A stretch of DNA of 59,256 bases, the filler included, from Bipalium vagum (Eukaryota): the NCBI GenBank assembly GCA_037834085.1. It is 3 parts of 3 records of this genome, joined end to end, with 100 filler letters (N's around TTAATTAATTAA, not from the genome) between each part and the next. Parts side by side here need not be neighbours in the genome. Positions count along the whole stretch, not along the records: positions 38,636 to 59,256 come from JBBMKC010249385.1; 2 more parts are not named here. The stretch is one strand, 5' to 3'. The notes under the pieces were generated by a model. It saw only the letters and a list, made by a program, of their open reading frames with translations. It was not told where the DNA came from and made no database searches. The position numbers were made by a program, and so were the translations under genes. Below are positions 52,930 to 59,256 of the stretch, piece after piece (within the stretch, counting starts at the first letter, position 1; every line of letters starts with the position of its first letter).

Positions 52930-53490
52930 TTAAAAAATCATTATTGCGAAATTTATTATGGATATATTAATTGAACAAAAAATTTATATACAATTTTGTT
53001 TAAATAATGAAATTTCTTACGCGGTGAAAAAACAATATCCAAAAAAATGTTTACAAATGTTACAAGTTATTGAAAGACAGCAGCAAATCAGTTGAAGATG
53101 AACACCGTTCAACATCAATCAATGCAGAAAATATAAGGGAAGTCAAGGAAATTGTACTGTCTAATCGCCGAATTAATCAGAGAGATCTGGTACAGACTGC
53201 TCTTGGTAAAAGGAAGTATTCAATCGATTTTTAAAAATGATTTAGAAATGACTTGTGTGTTTTCTCGCCTTGACCCTAAAACATTGAAATCTCATGAAAA
53301 CAACTTCGTGTTGAAGTTGCCAAGGAGATGCTTTAAGTGGATGATAACTATTATTTGAAATGCATAATCACGGGTGATAAAACATGGATCTATGCTTATG
53401 ATCTAGAAACCGTGCAACAATCAAGTGAATATCGTTTTAAAAATGAACCAATAACCAAAAGAACACGTCAAGATCGATCAAAAATCTATT
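52930..53490 (+). mobile_element. Mariner relic
   Basis: SVEDEH/RSTSINAENIREVKEIVLSNRRI and YLKCIITGDKTWIYAYDLETVQQSSEYR. Confidence 0.85.
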
Positions 53491-55999
53491 TTACTGAGCT
53501 CCAAAATCGGATACTTTATATCCAACATGTATGTAGAACAAATTTGTTAAACTAATCTAATCATTAGAAAGATACTTAAAAATCCAGGTTAATATATAAA
53601 AAATAAAAGTTATAAAATGAGAAAACTATTTTATTATTCCTTAAAACAAAAACGTTGTCAAGAGAAAACAAGTTTATTGACAAGTATAAACATTGATCTA
53701 GACGTCTGACTGCAACTTGATTTCATATTCTACATAGAGATAATTATTTTACAAAGCGTCAACTCTTTAAAAAATTGAAATCAATCTTATAGGAAAACAA
53801 AAAAAAATTGTAAAAAAGTATTTACAAGTAGATCGATTCTCTGGATTGGGCACATGCTTGCATAATTATAAATAATTTTAAATGACATAAAAGAAACTTG
53901 ATTATTATTATTATTAATATTAATAATATTATTATTACTACTACTATTAAATTTATTGAGAAACTAAAGTGTTACTCTGTCTTGTTATATAAGTTATTAT
54001 ATTAACTTGCTCTTATTATTTTTCTCTTAGTCAATGAAAAAAGATTCTAATACGATTATAATAAGTATAATTAGGATTGACAGAGTTTTTATTTTTGGAA
54101 TTGTTTCACAGGACCTTTTTAATAGATTTTTCAAAAATACCTTTTTCTTTATTTAATTATACCTAATAACTCATTACAAAGTTATGAAAAACCTTTTATT
54201 TAACCGATCATATTGAGTGCGAAGTAACAATAAATTCTTTAAAAATATTGTCCAAGTATTATCAATATCGGATTCAGATTCTCTTGTGATTATGAATTTA
54301 ACAAATAAATGAAGTCAAAGATGAATTGGAATGTTTTTGACAGCATAGAACTTAGTGAAACCAATGTATTTGTTGCACCATTATCTATTCAAACGATAGT
54401 AATCATTCATAAGATGATTTTTGACAAAACCATGTGCATTTAATAAACGCAGGTGGCTCATATTATTTATTCTGGTTCTCCAGTTATTAATACCTTGCAG
54501 ATCTTATCAACAATAAAAATATAAAAGTAACACAAATAAGCCGGGACATAAAAGCCTGAAGAAATTTTTATGATTGGTAATGAAAAGTACTGAGTAAAAA
54601 CAGTATTTTCGGCTGTCTAAAAAATTATTTTTAAACTTAAAAATTGTAATTTGAGCTTTTCATGAAAAAAACGGAATCATAACTACCTATATTTTTATTG
54701 TCGATGACGAATATACAAGTATAATAGACTAAGATGGTTATCACAACCTTCGTTATTCATTCATTGAGCTTATTTTAACTTATGAACCTATTATAGTATT
54801 ATGAAAAGCCTTAATGAGACTGGCACAATAAAAATAGGTTTCTAGTGGTCATCGGTCAATTAGTTTAAAAATATTTTGTTCCGAGGATGACAGTTGCGAA
54901 TTTATTTTAAGTAGTTATAATATTTTATTTTGATTTTTAATATTTTTAAAATATTTTCGCCTAAATATAGTGATAAAAAATAAATAAAAATAAATCAAGT
55001 GTGTATTAATCGAAATGAGAGCTTATTTAAATTTTCTTTTCACTAAAAATAAAATAATATAAATTGTTTGATTTATCACTCATTATATTTTATTAATCAA
55101 TTTTATTTTTACAAAACGAAACTGGAACAAATGAGGAGCTTAAATTAATTAATATTTTGTAGGTAAATTAAAATTTTTGTGTTTAATAAAATCATGAGAA
55201 TAATAATTAGCTAGGGTACCGGGTGGATCATAGATTTTTAGCTTTAATTTGATTTTTAGAATTTGAGTGAACACGATCGTGACTAAAGATTTAAGATAAT
55301 TGTCAATATGAGGTATTTCATCTATGGTATTCTTAAATCAAAACGTCCATAATCGTTACACTTATTGATTTGAGGATTTGGATTTAGACTCACACTAACA
55401 TACATGATTCTTTTTTTTTTACTTTTTTAACCCAGTTGTAGTTTGATTACTTGCTATTTTTTATACAGTAAAATCATGACTTGCGCTTAGTAATTATTTC
55501 CAAGCTAATTTTTCATTTGTGAGCAAAAGTAAGATCATATTGGATGACACGGTAGGCTATTTTTCATTTGGATCTGTACTTGGATTTTGATATTACACTA
55601 GGTATACAGATAAATAGCGCGGGTTTATTTAAATCGATAAATATATAATTGTCTGTAGATGATTTACTTTACGATGAGAGAAGCGTAAGAATTCAATCGA
55701 TTTAAGCAGCAAGTTTCCCTTCTGAATTGATTATTTGGGTCTTATTGATTCATTTATCAAGTTTGATATACCGGAGGCCTGGTTTAATAATAGATTTCTA
55801 AATAAAAATCTTAATATATCGGATGCTCTTTCGTGCCTCTGACTATCTGATAAAGGATAAAGTTTATTTATCAGTGGTCCGAGCCTGTGGTTCCTGTCGT
55901 AGTAGACTTACCATTGTCATGATCATTTATTAACCTGTCTCACGATGGTCTATAATTTTGAATTTAAATGTAATCAGTTTGGTAATAATAATCCCTATT

Positions 56000-57085
56000 T
56001 ACAAGAGCAATTATTCAAATTTTCATAAGATGATAATATAATCAAAATTTCTAAATCTAACAATGTCAACATTTATCCCAAGCTAAGATCATTTGCGAGA
56101 GGTTCCTGTTCATTATTTTATCATAAACAACAATGCTACAGAATGAAAAAAATATAGTATCTCAGGATGTACGCGATCATTAGTTTAAGCGCTTCAGAAA
56201 TAACGATTTTAATGTGAAGGACAAAGAATGTCCAAGTTGTCCTTCCAAATTTGAAGACCAACATTTAGTAAATTTATTGAGTAAAGATGCTTGCCAGTTT
56301 GAAAACAATTTTCCATAAAATTAGGTGTTATTCAGCAGACAATATTTACGCAATTATATGATATGTGCAAGATTTTAAAGGAAGGAAAGTGGTACCTTAT
56401 CAATTTAACCAGAGACAACTGGAAAACCAAAGATTAGCAAATGAGATGTTGTTATGAGGATACGAAAGAAAGTCATAGAAATTTTGACAGATGAAAAGTG
56501 AGTTTCTCTTAAATTTCAAGCACACGAAATCATGGATTAATCCAAGTCAAAAGTCAAAACAAACTGCAAGATCACGGCGCTTTGGAAAGAAAACAATGTC
56601 CTTCGTGTGTTGTGTGTTTACCACGAGGTTCTTAAACCAGTTGAATCTCTTAAATCTGAGAGTTACCAAAACCAGTTAGTCCAGCTGAATCAATGTTTAA
56701 TTGCTAAAAGTCCAGAATGACCCAACAGATATGGGTCAATAATTGTCCTCCATGACAACAAACCACCACATACTTCTAAAGCAGTTAAAAGATATGGCCT
56801 GGTAAGTATTCGGGCAGTCGCCATATTCACTAAGTCTTGATCCCTCAGATTTTCAACTGTTCCGGTAAATAGCACATGGACTTGGTGAGCAAAGATGCCA
56901 AAAAATTGGTTTTCGAATGGTTCGCTTCAAAACCAGAGAGATTCTTTTAGAAAGATATCCATAAATTAACTGAAAAATTGCTGAAATGTATAGCCAGTAT
57001 TTTTTGTGTATCTTTTTTACACAAAGTAGTATCTATTTCAATATCTCCCAAAAAATCTAAGTTATCATTAATAATGGATCAAACA
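56000..57085 (+). mobile_element. Mos1-like mariner, near full-length relic
   Basis: FRNNDFNVKDKECPSCPSKFED, KEGKW, KSWINPSQ...RFGKKTM, VLHDNKPPH, PYSL..PSDFQLFR and WFASKPERF. Confidence 0.85.
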
Positions 57086-58273
57086 TTTAATTGGGTTACT
57101 TTTTTAATTGGGCATCCAAGCGAATGCTTATCTTCTATTGATTCATGCTCATTGAACTGATCGATCCAAATGAAAATCGCTTTTACAGGGCACAGCGTCA
57201 TCTAAAATAGTTATAATATGTTATATGTGCTTTATTTCCAAAATATGACGAATTTTAAGTCCAATTTGATTTTTTTACAAACTTTTTATTCAAAAAACTT
57301 ATTGAAATATACATATTTTTTATATTCATTTTTGTTTTGAACCGAGATTTATTAATTATTGTAAAAATACCGGAAAACTGAAGGGTGAATGAAGACGTAT
57401 AATTTAAATCATATATTTTAAGTAATAATAAATTAATTATAATTTTCTAATTTTTATATAATTGATCAAAAATTAAAATAGTTATAATAAATATAAAAAT
57501 GGGTCCACCGTCTGAGTATGTTACAGTAAAATCTGTTTCGTAGTTTTAGTTGAAGTGCAGATTATTTTTTGAAGTATGAAATTGAGAAGAAAAATAATAA
57601 AAAATTATTTTTTCTAAAATAAAAATAACATTCAGTTATAAATATTAACTAAAAATTTTTTTTAAATATTGATGTTCCTCAACAAAATTGTCAGCTTCAA
57701 GATTAAAAATTTTGCCTACCGTTTCAACATTTCAACATTTTTTATCAACATTTTACTTGTGGAATTTTTTTTTGTAAAATATCGCCGCAATATTTTTTAC
57801 AATGAAACTATTGATTTTATTTTTAGTAAACCGTTGTGTTGTACAGAAACTATTATACTAAGCTATTTTGATATTGATCTCAAAGAGGAGACAGAAAATT
57901 AGGATTTTAACAAAATTTCAATATTATGTTTTATATTATTTAAATAAAATAATTTCATCAAAATTTAAACATACAACTGCTTAATTAAACATTTGAAAAA
58001 TATAAAGATAATAAATAAATAAATGAAATAATATTAAATTTATAATTTAAATTTAAAAACGGTTTTTGTTATGGGTATAATCTTAAAACCTTGTTTCTAT
58101 TAATTAAAATTAAAAGTATTTTGATATACTATGATAATAAACATGAATTTTAAAAATTTTAAAAATATAATAATACTAAGAGTTCGTTTTTTATAAAGCA
58201 CATAATATAGATTTTATAAAGGTTAATATTAGATTTATTATTATACTTATTATTTTTTTATTGATATTTTTGT

Positions 58274-58275
<2 letters not shown>

Positions 58276-58333
<58 letters not shown>
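58276..58333. repeat. (TAA)n microsatellite
   Basis: Perfect TAA run. Confidence 0.95.
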
Positions 58334-58335
<2 letters not shown>

Positions 58336-58899
58336 TAATTATTATTATTTATATAAAAATTAATATCAAAATATAAATTATAAATATAAAGTTTTTCAAT
58401 AATTAAGAACTGTTATGCCATTATATTAATTGTATTTCATAGGTTAAAATTTTAATTACATTTTCGGGTTCTGTTTTCTTTAATCTTTATTTACCATTAC
58501 TTTAAATTATCGAACAACGAAACATTATTAAATATTAAATATTTTTCTTTTTTGAAATTAATTATAATTAAGAGCTCGGTTTGGTTTTTTCTTCATCAAT
58601 AAAACAAATTAAGATTTATTTGAGATCTTTGTTTCTATTATTATATGGCATTACACAAACCATTTCGATTTAGAGAGTAACAGTTAAATTTCTGTTTATT
58701 TTAAAATTGTCATATGTAATAGTGATCTGAAAAGTTCTCGACCTCGATCATACATACTTTACACATGATTTATTTTTTCTAAGTCGTGTTAAGCAGTTTT
58801 GTGGAATTACGATCGACTGTGTTAAATATTTTCTATTTTGGATCTGTTTGAAGCAAGTTGTTGACTTCTCAGTCAAATGAATAAAATTGTGTTTTCTCC

Positions 58900-59256
58900 T
58901 TGAAGCGTTTTAGAAAGAATAAAATGATTTTAAAGCGATTTATTAAAAATAGATGAGACCCGGATACAGATCTGTACAAAAGGGTTCATGAAGTTATCCA
59001 GATAGAAGATAGAAGCCAACTACTCGGAGTGAATGGAATAGCCGAATTCTTCGTTTCAATAAAACATGAGTGGTATCGCCATGGAATTGAGCAATTGGCA
59101 GAAAGATGACTGGTGAGTAAGGCGGATGCGGTAAGAGTCCGATTCCGTCAATATTTTTAAGGGTTTCCATTGATTTCCTCGAGGTATGCGGTTTAGCATT
59201 ATCCGCTTGTAGCAAAACTCTTTTCCGGTTGATTAAATAAGGATACTTTACTTTCA
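58900..59256 (-). mobile_element. Mariner 3' relic running off window end
   Basis: LQADNAKPHTSRK...LLPHPPYSP catalytic motifs. Confidence 0.85.

Noticed and set aside
54100-55950. Moderately complex sequence that might be a gene
   Set aside because: Stops in the frames I read and no diagnostic motif. It is probably old TE debris and was left unannotated.

Overview
AT-rich eukaryotic (invertebrate animal) genomic DNA with spliceosomal GT-AG introns. It is planarian/spiralian-like by inference only. Four host genes can be spliced together by hand: (1) a highly divergent Patched (minus strand, about 4.1-19.9 kb, 13 well-supported exons, 5' end unresolved); (2) epsin (minus, 26.0-35.7 kb; ENTH, 2 UIM, DPW, clathrin box, 3 NPF); (3) V-ATPase c'' proteolipid ATP6V0B/VMA16 (plus, cut off by a gap); (4) axonemal dynein light chain p28/DNALI1 (plus), with an RFX X-box just upstream. 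There is also an unidentified short multi-exon candidate at 38.6-39.3 kb. The rest is decayed transposons (many mariner, Tc1, DD41D-like, pogo/Tigger, piggyBac, hAT, Ty3/gypsy, Penelope GIY-YIG, MITEs) and (TAA)n microsatellites. Two 100-nt N-TTAATTAATTAA-N spacers are artificial joins, so linkage across them is unproven. The most interesting observation is that the Patched transmembrane acidic triad (TM4 DD, TM10 E) reads D-E-R here. That is a charge reversal resembling the bacterial RND D/D/K relay, and it is accompanied by a Cys-rich insertion in the TM10-TM11 loop. All alignments were done by eye from memory of the families; nothing was database-searched.
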